From NCBI GenBank assembly GCA_965214705.1, contig OZ243972.1:2112001-2176000 (forward strand): DNA of 64,000 bases, given 5' to 3'. Below are positions 1 to 9,991 of this stretch, one piece after another. The stretch is from Alphaproteobacteria bacterium (GTDB lineage: Bacteria; Pseudomonadota; Alphaproteobacteria; UBA828). Made by a program: the position numbers and the translations under genes. The notes beneath the pieces are model-generated. The model worked only from the letters and a program-made list of their open reading frames with translations, searched no databases and was not told the DNA's origin. Numbering within the stretch: the stretch's first letter is position 1; the number at the start of each line of letters is the position of its first letter.

Positions 1-1087
1 CGGCCCGAGCGCCGTCCACGCTTCCCTCGGGGGCGGCGCAGCCGAGGGCGCCGAGAGCCTGGCGTGCTCTCTCCAGCGTGCTGGCGCGGCAGCCGTTGGC
101 GAGGATGCCGAAGTAGCGAATGCGGTGCATGCCGTCCGGCAGGACGTGCCTCAGGAAGCGGCGGATGAACTCGTCGGCGCTCACGGTGGCGATGCCGTAG
201 CGCGGCTTTCTCTGCCCCGGCGCCTTGGGCTTTCGGTGGCGGAAGGAGACCGTCTCGCCGTCGAAGGAGACGATGCGGCTGTCGGAGATGGCGATCCTGT
301 GCGTGTAGTGCGAGAGGTACCGGAAGACCTGCTCAGGCCCGCGGAAGGGCCGCTTGGCGTAGACCACCCAGTCCCTGGCCCGGGCGGCGGCAAGCGTGGC
401 GTGGAACTCGCCGGGATTGGCGAGGTGGGCGAGGGTGCCGTGGAACTCCAGGTCCCCCCGGCCGTGGGCGCGGGCGAGCTCCTTGAGGAAGAGGCGGCGG
501 AACAGGCTGCCGAGGACCTTGACGGGGGCGAGGAAGGTGGTGCTCCCCGTCTTCCACTCGCCACTGTCTACGTCGAAGCCCGCGTTGGGCACGACCACGT
601 GCAGGTGCGGGTGGAAGCGGAGCTTCTGATCCCAGGTATGGAGGACCGCGGTGCCGCCGATGCGCATGCCGCCGTGGCGGGGATCGGCGGCGATGGTGCG
701 CAGGGTCTCGGCGACGGCCCGGAAGAGGATGTCGAACACCACCCTGCGGTTGCAGAAGGCAATGGCGGCAACCTCCTTGGGCAGGGTGAAGACCACATGG
801 AAGTAGGGCACCGGCAGGATGTCCCCGGCGCGCTCCTCGCTCCAGAGGTTGGCGGCGAGACCCTGGCAGGTGGGGCAGTGGCGGTTGCGGCAGGAGTTGA
901 AGAGCGGATGCTCGCGCCCGCAGCCCTCGCAGGCGTACATGTGGCCGCCGAGCACGGCGGTGCGGCACGCCTCGATGGCGCCCATGACCTTGAGCCGGGC
1001 GGCGTCGATGCGCCCTTTGTGGCGCTCACGGAAAGCGGCGCCGGCGCGGCGGAAGATCTCCGCCACGCCCGCGCGTTCGGCCTCCAC
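1..1087 (-). CDS. IS91-family HUH/Y2 transposase (partial, 3' end outside the window)
   Basis: Same sequence as the 413-aa ORF 3673-4914 apart from isolated SNPs; HPHLH and YLSHY motifs. Confidence 0.9.
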   Translation of the reverse strand, partial: MEAERAGVAEIFRRAGAAFRERHKGRIDAARLKVMGAIEACRTAVLGGHMYACEGCGREHPLFNSCRNRHCPTCQGLAANLWSEERAGDILPVPYFHVVFTLPKEVAAIAFCNRRVVFDILFRAVAETLRTIAADPRHGGMRIGGTAVLHTWDQKLRFHPHLHVVVPNAGFDVDSGEWKTGSTTFLAPVKVLGSLFRRLFLKELARAHGRGDLEFHGTLAHLANPGEFHATLAAARARDWVVYAKRPFRGPEQVFRYLSHYTHRIAISDSRIVSFDGETVSFRHRKPKAPGQRKPRYGIATVSADEFIRRFLRHVLPDGMHRIRYFGILANGCRASTLERARQALGALGCAAPEGSVDGARA

Positions 1088-1093
1088 GCGCCG

Positions 1094-1972
1094 TCAGTTG
1101 CGCAACGCTGCGAAGCCTGAGATCGGGTGGTCGAGGCCCTCGAACATCTTGCCGGTGACGCGGGCGTAGTGACGGGTCGTGTTCGCGCTTCGATGGCCGA
1201 GCATGTCCCGGATCACCTCGATATCGCCGCCGCGCTCGAGGAGATGGGTCGCCGCCGAATGGCGCAGGCAATGGAAGGTGTAGCTGCGGTCGAGCTCGGC
1301 AATGTCGCGCGCCCTCCTGAAGGCGGCCTGCAAGGTCTCCGTTGCGATGGGCCTGTCGAGCGAGACGCCGTAGAAGAGCCAGTTCGTCGGACGCGGCCAG
1401 ATGTTCCTGTAGTAGACGCGCAAGTAGTGGATGACGATGTCCGGCAACGGTGCCATTCTCTCGGTGCCGCCTTTGCCGGAGGGGATGTGCAGCAGCTTCT
1501 TCTCCGACAGGATGTCGCCGACCTTGATGGCCAAGGTCTCGGAGATGCGGAGCCCGCCGCCATAGCCGGTGACAATGGCAGCACGGTGGCGGAGGTCGGG
1601 TGTCGCAAGGATGAGGTGCTCGACCTCCTGCTCCGACATGTAGCGCGGCAGCTTGCCGGGCTTCTTGCGGGAGCGCAGGCCGGCGACATGGTCAGGCCAG
1701 CCGAGTGTGTCGATGTAGAGGAAGTTCAGCGCGGCGAAGGAGACGTTGGTCGTGCCCGGACTGAGCCCCTTGTCGATCCGCCCCAGGTACCACTGGCGCA
1801 CCTGCTCGGCGTCGAGCTCGTCCGGCGAGGCGTCGTAGTACCTGGCCAGGTTCTTGATCTCGCAGATGTAGGCCTTGGACGTGCTCGCGGCCAGATTGGC
1901 GATGCGGAGCTGCTCCTCCATGCGCTGGCGAAGAGGGGTGACGGTGTTCGTGTCGCACGCGGTCCCGGTCAT
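1094..1972 (-). CDS. Tyrosine recombinase/integrase of the element (likely start MTGTACD)
   Basis: Catalytic motifs GLRISE, GKGG, HCLRH, LGH, RHYAR; GGGAG RBS before the ATG. Confidence 0.9.
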   Translation of the reverse strand: MTGTACDTNTVTPLRQRMEEQLRIANLAASTSKAYICEIKNLARYYDASPDELDAEQVRQWYLGRIDKGLSPGTTNVSFAALNFLYIDTLGWPDHVAGLRSRKKPGKLPRYMSEQEVEHLILATPDLRHRAAIVTGYGGGLRISETLAIKVGDILSEKKLLHIPSGKGGTERMAPLPDIVIHYLRVYYRNIWPRPTNWLFYGVSLDRPIATETLQAAFRRARDIAELDRSYTFHCLRHSAATHLLERGGDIEVIRDMLGHRSANTTRHYARVTGKMFEGLDHPISGFAALRN

Positions 1973-2262
1973 TATCGATCTCCCTGGATCGCGACGGCGC
2001 GCCGCCGGACCGATCCGGCGACGGTCCGTCGCAGGGGTCGATGCTAACCACTGGTGATCGGGAGGCTGCTGGGGATCCGCCACCCGACGGGCGGAGCGCC
2101 ACTGACGCAACCGGGAAGCGAACGCACAGAACAAACGGCACCCGCGACGCCTCGGAAATGAATGAACTCTACGCCGCTAACTCCGCGTAGCGGCTTCGTT
2201 CAAGGATAGTTTGAACTCCTCTCTAGCCTTTTCAATAACTTCAGATCCGTAAATTAGGGGGA

Positions 2263-2445
2263 TTATATATCTGACTGAATGACGGGCTGATCCATGATGC
2301 CGGATGGCTCCGCCTCAGCCTCCCCGTCTTCGGCCTGTGGCTCGTGCCGCAACAGCGCGCGGGCCACCATTTCAGGAGTCGCCCCCTCGTAGCGGGGGTT
2401 GAGCGTCTCCAACTCGTGTTTCAGCTTTTCAGCCTTCTCGGTCAT
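2263..2445 (-). CDS. Small hypothetical protein (60 aa), IS1595 passenger
   Basis: ORF ends inside the IR; contains GATPEMVARALLR. Confidence 0.5.
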   Translation of the reverse strand: MTEKAEKLKHELETLNPRYEGATPEMVARALLRHEPQAEDGEAEAEPSGIMDQPVIQSDI

Positions 2446-2861
2446 TGCGTTGCCTTCATTCCCGGTGGCGAGGGGGGGGCGATACTATATTGCATATTAT
2501 CGCCCCCTCTGTCACCATGCCCGCGCTCACATCTGAGAAGCCCGCTTCGTCGGGCTACTCGCTGAATACAACAGCCCTTGTGTGGCTCGGGGTCGCTCCC
2601 CGGACCGGCGAATAGGCGGGACCTTCCAACGCTTCTTGGATGTGAGCAAACGGCCCGGCACCCCGTCGGGCCGCGAGCAGAGGGCAGGCTACGCTATAAG
2701 AGATCGCCCCATCGGCTGGGGACGGGTGGTGCCCCGTCCCCAGCCTACCACGGGGCTTGGTGTTGGCTTCGGAGAGCGCACCAAACCGCACGGCAATGAC
2801 AGTCTATTACCGATCCCAAGCCGTACAAGAGGTGCCTCTCCGACGATTTTAGGAGAGCGCT

Positions 2862-3233
2862 ATGCACACTTGGTATGCCTCTTTGGCGGCAGCGGCCATG
2901 ATGCTCGCCGCTGTCGCCACCACTCACGCGCGGGCAGATATCGTATGCCCAAAGGGCAGCCTGCACGACTTCGTTCCAAACGCGGTCTGGCAACAGTACG
3001 TCGCCAACAGCCGGGACTATATCGCTCGGATGCTCCGAAGGATGGAGGATGTCCGAGACCGCCAGATGGTCATGGAGCGGATGTTCGAGGAGGGCTTCAT
3101 CGCCGCCACGGACATCGTGAACGCTCACTGCGTCTCGCGGCCGATTGGCGAGCCATGGAGCACAGAGATCAAGCAGAAGCGGCGCGAGGCTTGGTGCCGA
3201 GAATGGGGTGATGCCTATTTCTGCAAGAGGTGA
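2862..3233 (+). CDS. Hypothetical secreted protein (123 aa, 4 Cys)
   Basis: AGGAG RBS; Ala-rich signal peptide ending ARA; passenger gene of the IS1595 element. Confidence 0.7.
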   Translation: MHTWYASLAAAAMMLAAVATTHARADIVCPKGSLHDFVPNAVWQQYVANSRDYIARMLRRMEDVRDRQMVMERMFEEGFIAATDIVNAHCVSRPIGEPWSTEIKQKRREAWCREWGDAYFCKR

Positions 3234-3672
3234 TCGCAAGAATCACCGTGCTTCCGATCTACGTCATCAACCTCGACCGCAGGCCGGATCGGCTCGCGGC
3301 AATCGCGGCGGACCTGGACCGGCTCGGCCTACCCTTCGAGCGCATCAAGGCCGTCGACGGCCAAGGTTAAGGGTTGGGCAGGCTCTCTCTCGAGAGCCTG
3401 CCCAACCCTTTTGAACGAAGCCGCGGGCCACGAGAGGCGAAGTTGAGCTATGTGGAAAGTGCGCTGATGTCAGCGTCAGGCGGCATCCACCGGCAGCAGA
3501 GTTGCGCATAAAATCGACGCTCGCGCCGGTCTTTCGGCAGGCATGCGGGCGCACGCTGCGAGGACTGAGCGGGGTGTGAGCCGAGGGCTGTCAGCCCGGC
3601 TCAAGCGGAGACAGGTTCGGTCGTGCGTCGGCGCTTTGGCGCCGTTGCGCGGGGCCGAAGCGAGCGGGCGTC

Positions 3673-4914
3673 TCACGGTTTCCCCCTGTGGGTCGGCGGC
3701 AGCGCCGGCGGGCCGCGCGTCGAGCGGGGCTCATGGCGGCGGCGGATTTCGCGGACGAGGCGCATGACGCCGCCGCAGTGGGGGCAGGCCACGGGCGCGG
3801 TGCCGATCTCGGGCTCTTCGTCGGGCTCGGCCTGAGCGCCGTCCACGCTTCCCTCGGGGGCGGCGCAGCCGAGGGCGCCGAGAGCCTGGCGTGCTCTCTC
3901 CAGCGTGCTGGCGCGGCAGCCGTTGGCGAGGATGCCGAAGTAGCGAATGCGGTGCATGCCGTCCGGCAGGACGTGCCTCAGGAAGCGGCGGATGAACTCG
4001 TCGGCGCTCACGGTGGCGATGCCGTAGCGCGGCTTTCTCTGCCCCGGCGCCTTGGGCTTTCGGTGGCGGAAGGAGACCGTCTCGCCGTCGAAGGAGACGA
4101 TGCGGCTGTCGGAGATGGCGATCCTGTGCGTGTAGTGCGAGAGGTACCGGAAGACCTGCTCAGGCCCGCGGAAGGGCCGCTTGGCGTAGACCACCCAGTC
4201 CCTGGCCCGGGCGGCGGCAAGCGTGGCGTGGAACTCGCCGGGATTGGCGAGGTGGGCGAGGGTGCCGTGGAACTCCAGGTCCCCCCGGCCGTGGGCGCGG
4301 GCGAGCTCCTCGAGGAAGAGGCGGCGGAACAGGCTGCCGAGGACCTTGACGGGGGCGAGGAAGGTGGTGCTCCCCGTCTTCCACTCGCCACTGTCTACGT
4401 CGAAGCCCGCGTTGGGCACGACCACGTGCAGGTGCGGGTGGAAGCGGAGCTTCTGATCCCAGGTATGGAGGACCGCGGTGCCGCCGATGCGCATGCCGCC
4501 GTGGCGGGGATCGGCGGCGATGGTGCGCAGGGTCTCGGCGACGGCCCGGAAGAGGATGTCGAACACCACCCTGCGGTTGCAGAAGGCAATGGCGGCAACC
4601 TCCTTGGGCAGGGTGAAGACCACATGGAAGTAGGGCACCGGCAGGATGTCCCCGGCGCGCTCCTCGCTCCAGAGGTTGGCGGCGAGACCCTGGCAGGTGG
4701 GGCAGTGGCGGTTGCGGCAGGAGTTGAAGAGCGGATGCTCGCGCCCGCAGCCCTCGCAGGCGTACATGTGGCCGCCGAGCACGGCGGTGCGGCACGCCTC
4801 GATGGCGCCCATGACCTTGAGCCGGGCGGCGTCGATGCGCCCTTTGTGGCGCTCACGGAAAGCGGCGCCGGCGCGGCGGAAGATCTCCGCCACGCCCGCG
4901 CGTTCGGCCTCCAC
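3673..4914 (-). CDS. IS91-family HUH/Y2 transposase
   Basis: N-terminal Zn-binding region CEGC...CRNRHCPTC, HUH motif HPHLH, Y2 motif YLSHY, C-terminal CPHC. Confidence 0.93.
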   Translation of the reverse strand: MEAERAGVAEIFRRAGAAFRERHKGRIDAARLKVMGAIEACRTAVLGGHMYACEGCGREHPLFNSCRNRHCPTCQGLAANLWSEERAGDILPVPYFHVVFTLPKEVAAIAFCNRRVVFDILFRAVAETLRTIAADPRHGGMRIGGTAVLHTWDQKLRFHPHLHVVVPNAGFDVDSGEWKTGSTTFLAPVKVLGSLFRRLFLEELARAHGRGDLEFHGTLAHLANPGEFHATLAAARARDWVVYAKRPFRGPEQVFRYLSHYTHRIAISDSRIVSFDGETVSFRHRKPKAPGQRKPRYGIATVSADEFIRRFLRHVLPDGMHRIRYFGILANGCRASTLERARQALGALGCAAPEGSVDGAQAEPDEEPEIGTAPVACPHCGGVMRLVREIRRRHEPRSTRGPPALPPTHRGKP

Positions 4915-4920
4915 GCGCCG

Positions 4921-5799
4921 TCAGTTGCGCAACGCTGCGAAGCCTGAGATCGGGTGGTCGAGGCCCTCGAACATCTTGCCGGTGACGCGGGCGTAGTGAC
5001 GGGTCGTGTTCGCGCTTCGATGGCCGAGCATGTCCCGGATCACCTCGATATCGCCGCCGCGCTCGAGGAGATGGGTCGCCGCCGAATGGCGCAGGCAATG
5101 GAAGGTGTAGCTGCGGTCGAGCTCGGCAATGTCGCGCGCCCTCCTGAAGGCGGCCTGCAAGGTCTCCGTTGCGATGGGCCTGTCGAGCGAGACGCCGTAG
5201 AAGAGCCAGTTCGTCGGACGCGGCCAGATGTTCCTGTAGTAGACGCGCAAGTAGTGGATGACGATGTCCGGCAACGGTGCCATTCTCTCGGTGCCGCCTT
5301 TGCCGGAGGGGATGTGCAGCAGCTTCTTCTCCGACAGGATGTCGCCGACCTTGATGGCCAAGGTCTCGGAGATGCGGAGCCCGCCGCCATAGCCGGTGAC
5401 AATGGCAGCACGGTGGCGGAGGTCGGGTGTCGCAAGGATGAGGTGCTCGACCTCCTGCTCCGACATGTAGCGCGGCAGCTTGCCGGGCTTCTTGCGGGAG
5501 CGCAGGCCGGCGACATGGTCAGGCCAGCCGAGTGTGTCGATGTAGAGGAAGTTCAGCGCGGCGAAGGAGACGTTGGTCGTGCCCGGACTGAGCCCCTTGT
5601 CGATCCGCCCCAGGTACCACTGGCGCACCTGCTCGGCGTCGAGCTCGTCCGGCGAGGCGTCGTAGTACCTGGCCAGGTTCTTGATCTCGCAGATGTAGGC
5701 CTTGGACGTGCTCGCGGCCAGATTGGCGATGCGGAGCTGCTCCTCCATGCGCTGGCGAAGAGGGGTGACGGTGTTCGTGTCGCACGCGGTCCCGGTCAT
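4921..5799 (-). CDS. Tyrosine recombinase/integrase
   Basis: R-K-HxxR-H-Y motifs intact. Confidence 0.92.
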   Translation of the reverse strand: MTGTACDTNTVTPLRQRMEEQLRIANLAASTSKAYICEIKNLARYYDASPDELDAEQVRQWYLGRIDKGLSPGTTNVSFAALNFLYIDTLGWPDHVAGLRSRKKPGKLPRYMSEQEVEHLILATPDLRHRAAIVTGYGGGLRISETLAIKVGDILSEKKLLHIPSGKGGTERMAPLPDIVIHYLRVYYRNIWPRPTNWLFYGVSLDRPIATETLQAAFRRARDIAELDRSYTFHCLRHSAATHLLERGGDIEVIRDMLGHRSANTTRHYARVTGKMFEGLDHPISGFAALRN

Positions 5800-6918
5800 T
5801 ATCGATCTCCCTGGATCGCGACGGCGCGCCGCCGGACCGATCCGGCGACGGTCCGTCGCAGGGGTCGATGCTAACCACTGGTGATCGGGAGGCTGCTGGG
5901 GATCCGCCACCCGACGGGCGGAGCGCCACTGACGCAACCGGGAAGCGAACGCACAGAACAAACGGCACCCGCGACGCCTCGGAAATGAATGAACTCTACG
6001 CCGCTAACTCCGCGTAGCGGCTTCGTTCAAGAGCTACAGGAAGATCTGGGCCCGGAGCCGCTTCTGAACCTGGCTGAGAAAGCGTGCGTGCTGAGCCATG
6101 CGAACGCGCTGCGGCACCTCCTCCATTCAGAACACCCAGCGGCCGTGATCCTCGAGGATGACGCTGAGTTCGGAGAGGGGCTTGCGCAACTCTCCCGCTC
6201 GATCGACTGGTGGCCGGAAGGCACCTTGCTGCTGAAGCTGGACCAACCGTTCCCGAGAAAGCGGCTCGTCGGCCTGCCGTGTGGACGAACGCCGGACGGC
6301 CGCAACCTGAGAGAGAACATCCGGTGGAGCTCAGGGTCGGTGGGCTACATCGCTACTCGCGCCGCTGCCGGCGAGATACTGGTGTCCCTCGAGACAGACA
6401 GCATCATGCCCTTCGACGAACTGATGTTCGACTGCCGCATATCAGACCTAGCGCGCTGGCTCCGTGCAATGCAAGTCCAGCCCGCGCCTGTCCGGCAACG
6501 GGACCGCGGGAGACCGGATGAATTCCCCTCGGATTTGGAGGACAGCCGCCAGACACCGGAGTCATTGAGTTATCGCCACCGCCGTCGACAGCGGCGCCGA
6601 TTTCACCGTCGTCTGTATCTCTGGATGTTGTGGGCAATCGGCAATGCGAAGAGCATGAAGATCACCTACTGCCCGTAATCGCAGATTCAAACTGACCCAC
6701 TACCCGCGATTGACGACTGACCGGGTTTAGGCTATCCGCGGGCTCGTGGCCGTGACGAATCGCGGTGGCCTCGACTGACGAAGCCGGCCCTGGCGGGACC
6801 GGCTTCGGAACTGGGGTCCGGTGTAGACCTACCGAGGCGCACCGAACTGGCTCATCTGAGGTGGAAATCCTAGCGATTCCCGCGAGCCGGTCAAGTGCGC
6901 CCTCAAGAAGAGGGCACA

Positions 6919-7143
6919 ATGCCGAAGAAATATCCGACCGGCTTCGATCTCAGCAAACGCTCATCCCGTTCTCGCAAATCGCGGAAGCCCGACCAACCTT
7001 CGATCAAGTATGGTGATGTTGTCCGGCAGCGCCCGAATGGGCTGCCACTGCAAGTCACCGATGTGGAGGGCGATAAGGTCTACTGCGACGGGTTCATTGA
7101 CCCGTTCGGGGCATCCGGCCTTGAAGTTGTGATCCGCTTCTAG
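6919..7143 (+). CDS. Small protein resembling YodC/DUF2158
   Basis: KYGDVVRQRPNGLPLQVTDVEGDKVYC pattern; plausible RBS. Confidence 0.55.
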   Translation: MPKKYPTGFDLSKRSSRSRKSRKPDQPSIKYGDVVRQRPNGLPLQVTDVEGDKVYCDGFIDPFGASGLEVVIRF

Positions 7144-7560
7144 GACCGCGCGCCTGAGTCCAGTCCGTTGTCGGCGATCAGGTCACGGTAGCACAGGCGC
7201 TTGCCGATCATCCCGGCGACCACCGCGCCCATCTGGTCGATGGTGTCGCTCTCGCGCACGTTGTGGCGGCCCGCGAACTCTTGGACGTACCGTTGCAGGT
7301 GCTTCGCGCTCAGCTTGTGGTAGACGCCCTTGAACGAAGCCGCTACGCGGAGTTAGCGGCGTAGAGTTCATTCATTTCCGAGGCGTCGCGGGTGCCGTTT
7401 GTTCTGTGCGTTCGCTTCCCGGTTGCGTCAGTGGCGCTCCGCCCGTCGGGTGGCGGATCCCCAGCAGCCTCCCGATCACCAGTGGTTAGCATCGACCCCT
7501 GCGACGGACCGTCGCCGGATCGGTCCGGCGGCGCGCCGTCGCGATCCAGGGAGATCGATA

Positions 7561-8439
7561 ATGACCGGGACCGCGTGCGACACGAACACCGTCACCCCTC
7601 TTCGCCAGCGCATGGAGGAGCAGCTCCGCATCGCCAATCTGGCCGCGAGCACGTCCAAGGCCTACATCTGCGAGATCAAGAACCTGGCCAGGTACTACGA
7701 CGCCTCGCCGGACGAGCTCGACGCCGAGCAGGTGCGCCAGTGGTACCTGGGGCGGATCGACAAGGGGCTCAGTCCGGGCACGACCAACGTCTCCTTCGCC
7801 GCGCTGAACTTCCTCTACATCGACACACTCGGCTGGCCTGACCATGTCGCCGGCCTGCGCTCCCGCAAGAAGCCCGGCAAGCTGCCGCGCTACATGTCGG
7901 AGCAGGAGGTCGAGCACCTCATCCTTGCGACACCCGACCTCCGCCACCGTGCTGCCATTGTCACCGGCTATGGCGGCGGGCTCCGCATCTCCGAGACCTT
8001 GGCCATCAAGGTCGGCGACATCCTGTCGGAGAAGAAGCTGCTGCACATCCCCTCCGGCAAAGGCGGCACCGAGAGAATGGCACCGTTGCCGGACATCGTC
8101 ATCCACTACTTGCGCGTCTACTACAGGAACATCTGGCCGCGTCCGACGAACTGGCTCTTCTACGGCGTCTCGCTCGACAGGCCCATCGCAACGGAGACCT
8201 TGCAGGCCGCCTTCAGGAGGGCGCGCGACATTGCCGAGCTCGACCGCAGCTACACCTTCCATTGCCTGCGCCATTCGGCGGCGACCCATCTCCTCGAGCG
8301 CGGCGGCGATATCGAGGTGATCCGGGACATGCTCGGCCATCGAAGCGCGAACACGACCCGTCACTACGCCCGCGTCACCGGCAAGATGTTCGAGGGCCTC
8401 GACCACCCGATCTCAGGCTTCGCAGCGTTGCGCAACTGA
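7561..8439 (+). CDS. Tyrosine recombinase/integrase
   Basis: Same as copies 1 and 2; catalytic residues intact. Confidence 0.92.
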   Translation: MTGTACDTNTVTPLRQRMEEQLRIANLAASTSKAYICEIKNLARYYDASPDELDAEQVRQWYLGRIDKGLSPGTTNVSFAALNFLYIDTLGWPDHVAGLRSRKKPGKLPRYMSEQEVEHLILATPDLRHRAAIVTGYGGGLRISETLAIKVGDILSEKKLLHIPSGKGGTERMAPLPDIVIHYLRVYYRNIWPRPTNWLFYGVSLDRPIATETLQAAFRRARDIAELDRSYTFHCLRHSAATHLLERGGDIEVIRDMLGHRSANTTRHYARVTGKMFEGLDHPISGFAALRN

Positions 8440-8445
8440 CGGCGC

Positions 8446-9687
8446 GTGGAGGCCGAACGCGCGGGCGTGGCGGAGATCTTCCGCCGCGCCGGCGCCGCTT
8501 TCCGTGAGCGCCACAAAGGGCGCATCGACGCCGCCCGGCTCAAGGTCATGGGCGCCATCGAGGCGTGCCGCACCGCCGTGCTCGGCGGCCACATGTACGC
8601 CTGCGAGGGCTGCGGGCGCGAGCATCCGCTCTTCAACTCCTGCCGCAACCGCCACTGCCCCACCTGCCAGGGTCTCGCCGCCAACCTCTGGAGCGAGGAG
8701 CGCGCCGGGGACATCCTGCCGGTGCCCTACTTCCATGTGGTCTTCACCCTGCCCAAGGAGGTTGCCGCCATTGCCTTCTGCAACCGCAGGGTGGTGTTCG
8801 ACATCCTCTTCCGGGCCGTCGCCGAGACCCTGCGCACCATCGCCGCCGATCCCCGCCACGGCGGCATGCGCATCGGCGGCACCGCGGTCCTCCATACCTG
8901 GGATCAGAAGCTCCGCTTCCACCCGCACCTGCACGTGGTCGTGCCCAACGCGGGCTTCGACGTAGACAGTGGCGAGTGGAAGACGGGGAGCACCACCTTC
9001 CTCGCCCCCGTCAAGGTCCTCGGCAGCCTGTTCCGCCGCCTCTTCCTCGAGGAGCTCGCCCGCGCCCACGGCCGGGGGGACCTGGAGTTCCACGGCACCC
9101 TCGCCCACCTCGCCAATCCCGGCGAGTTCCACGCCACGCTTGCCGCCGCCCGGGCCAGGGACTGGGTGGTCTACGCCAAGCGGCCCTTCCGCGGGCCTGA
9201 GCAGGTCTTCCGGTACCTCTCGCACTACACGCACAGGATCGCCATCTCCGACAGCCGCATCGTCTCCTTCGACGGCGAGACGGTCTCCTTCCGCCACCGA
9301 AAGCCCAAGGCGCCGGGGCAGAGAAAGCCGCGCTACGGCATCGCCACCGTGAGCGCCGACGAGTTCATCCGCCGCTTCCTGAGGCACGTCCTGCCGGACG
9401 GCATGCACCGCATTCGCTACTTCGGCATCCTCGCCAACGGCTGCCGCGCCAGCACGCTGGAGAGAGCACGCCAGGCTCTCGGCGCCCTCGGCTGCGCCGC
9501 CCCCGAGGGAAGCGTGGACGGCGCTCAGGCCGAGCCCGACGAAGAGCCCGAGATCGGCACCGCGCCCGTGGCCTGCCCCCACTGCGGCGGCGTCATGCGC
9601 CTCGTCCGCGAAATCCGCCGCCGCCATGAGCCCCGCTCGACGCGCGGCCCGCCGGCGCTGCCGCCGACCCACAGGGGGAAACCGTGA
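8446..9687 (+). CDS. IS91-family HUH/Y2 transposase
   Basis: HPHLH, YLSHY and Zn-binding motifs. Confidence 0.93.
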   Translation: MEAERAGVAEIFRRAGAAFRERHKGRIDAARLKVMGAIEACRTAVLGGHMYACEGCGREHPLFNSCRNRHCPTCQGLAANLWSEERAGDILPVPYFHVVFTLPKEVAAIAFCNRRVVFDILFRAVAETLRTIAADPRHGGMRIGGTAVLHTWDQKLRFHPHLHVVVPNAGFDVDSGEWKTGSTTFLAPVKVLGSLFRRLFLEELARAHGRGDLEFHGTLAHLANPGEFHATLAAARARDWVVYAKRPFRGPEQVFRYLSHYTHRIAISDSRIVSFDGETVSFRHRKPKAPGQRKPRYGIATVSADEFIRRFLRHVLPDGMHRIRYFGILANGCRASTLERARQALGALGCAAPEGSVDGAQAEPDEEPEIGTAPVACPHCGGVMRLVREIRRRHEPRSTRGPPALPPTHRGKP

Positions 9688-9949
9688 GACGCCCGCTCGC
9701 TTCGGCCCCGCGCAACGGCGCCAAAGCGCCGACGCACGACCGAACCTGTCTCCGCTTGAGCCGGGCTGACAGCCCTCGGCTCACACCCCGCTCAGTCCTC
9801 GCAGCGTGCGCCCGCATGCCTGCCGAAAGACCGGCGCGAGCGTCGATTTTATGCGCAACTCTGCTGCCGGTGGATGCCGCCTGACGCTGACATCAGCGCA
9901 CTTTCCACATAGCTCAACTTCGCCTCTCGTGGCCCGCGGCTTCGTTCAA

Positions 9950-9991
9950 AAGGGTTGGGCAGGCTCTCGAGAGAGAGCCTGCCCAACCCTT
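9950..9991. repeat. Perfect 19-bp hairpin at the element 3' (oriIS-like) end
   Basis: AAGGGTTGGGCAGGCTCTC-GAGA-GAGAGCCTGCCCAACCCTT; also present in copies 2 and 4. Confidence 0.95.

Larger units (their letters stand above)
1..2203 (-). mobile_element. Tyrosine recombinase + IS91-type transposase element, copy 1 (truncated by the window start)
   Basis: Near-identical to copies at 3365-6030, 7330-9995 and 18461-23290; ends in GCGGCTTCGTTCAA at 2203. Confidence 0.93.
3365..6030 (-). mobile_element. Tyrosine recombinase + IS91-type transposase element, copy 2 (2666 bp)
   Basis: Ends GGTTAAGGGTTGGG... and ...GCGGCTTCGTTCAA; removing it restores the GT25 reading frame. Confidence 0.95.
3248..6678 (+). 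pseudogene. Glycosyltransferase family 25 (LOS/LPS biosynthesis type), split by element copy 2
   Basis: 3248-3364 (MLPIYVINLDRRPDRL...AVDGQ) joins in frame to 6031-6678 (ELQED...ACVLSH...ILEDD); 254 aa restored. Confidence 0.88.

Noticed and set aside
3688-5874. 419-aa and 306-aa ORFs repeated in each element copy
   Set aside because: Antisense shadows of the transposase and recombinase; they recur only because the copies are identical
5989-6678. Stand-alone 229-aa gene starting MNSTPL
   Set aside because: Chimera of the element end and the 3' part of GT25
9950-9991. Hairpin as a simple rho-independent terminator
   Set aside because: It sits 4 bp from the element end in every copy, which fits an ori-type end better; a secondary terminator role is not excluded
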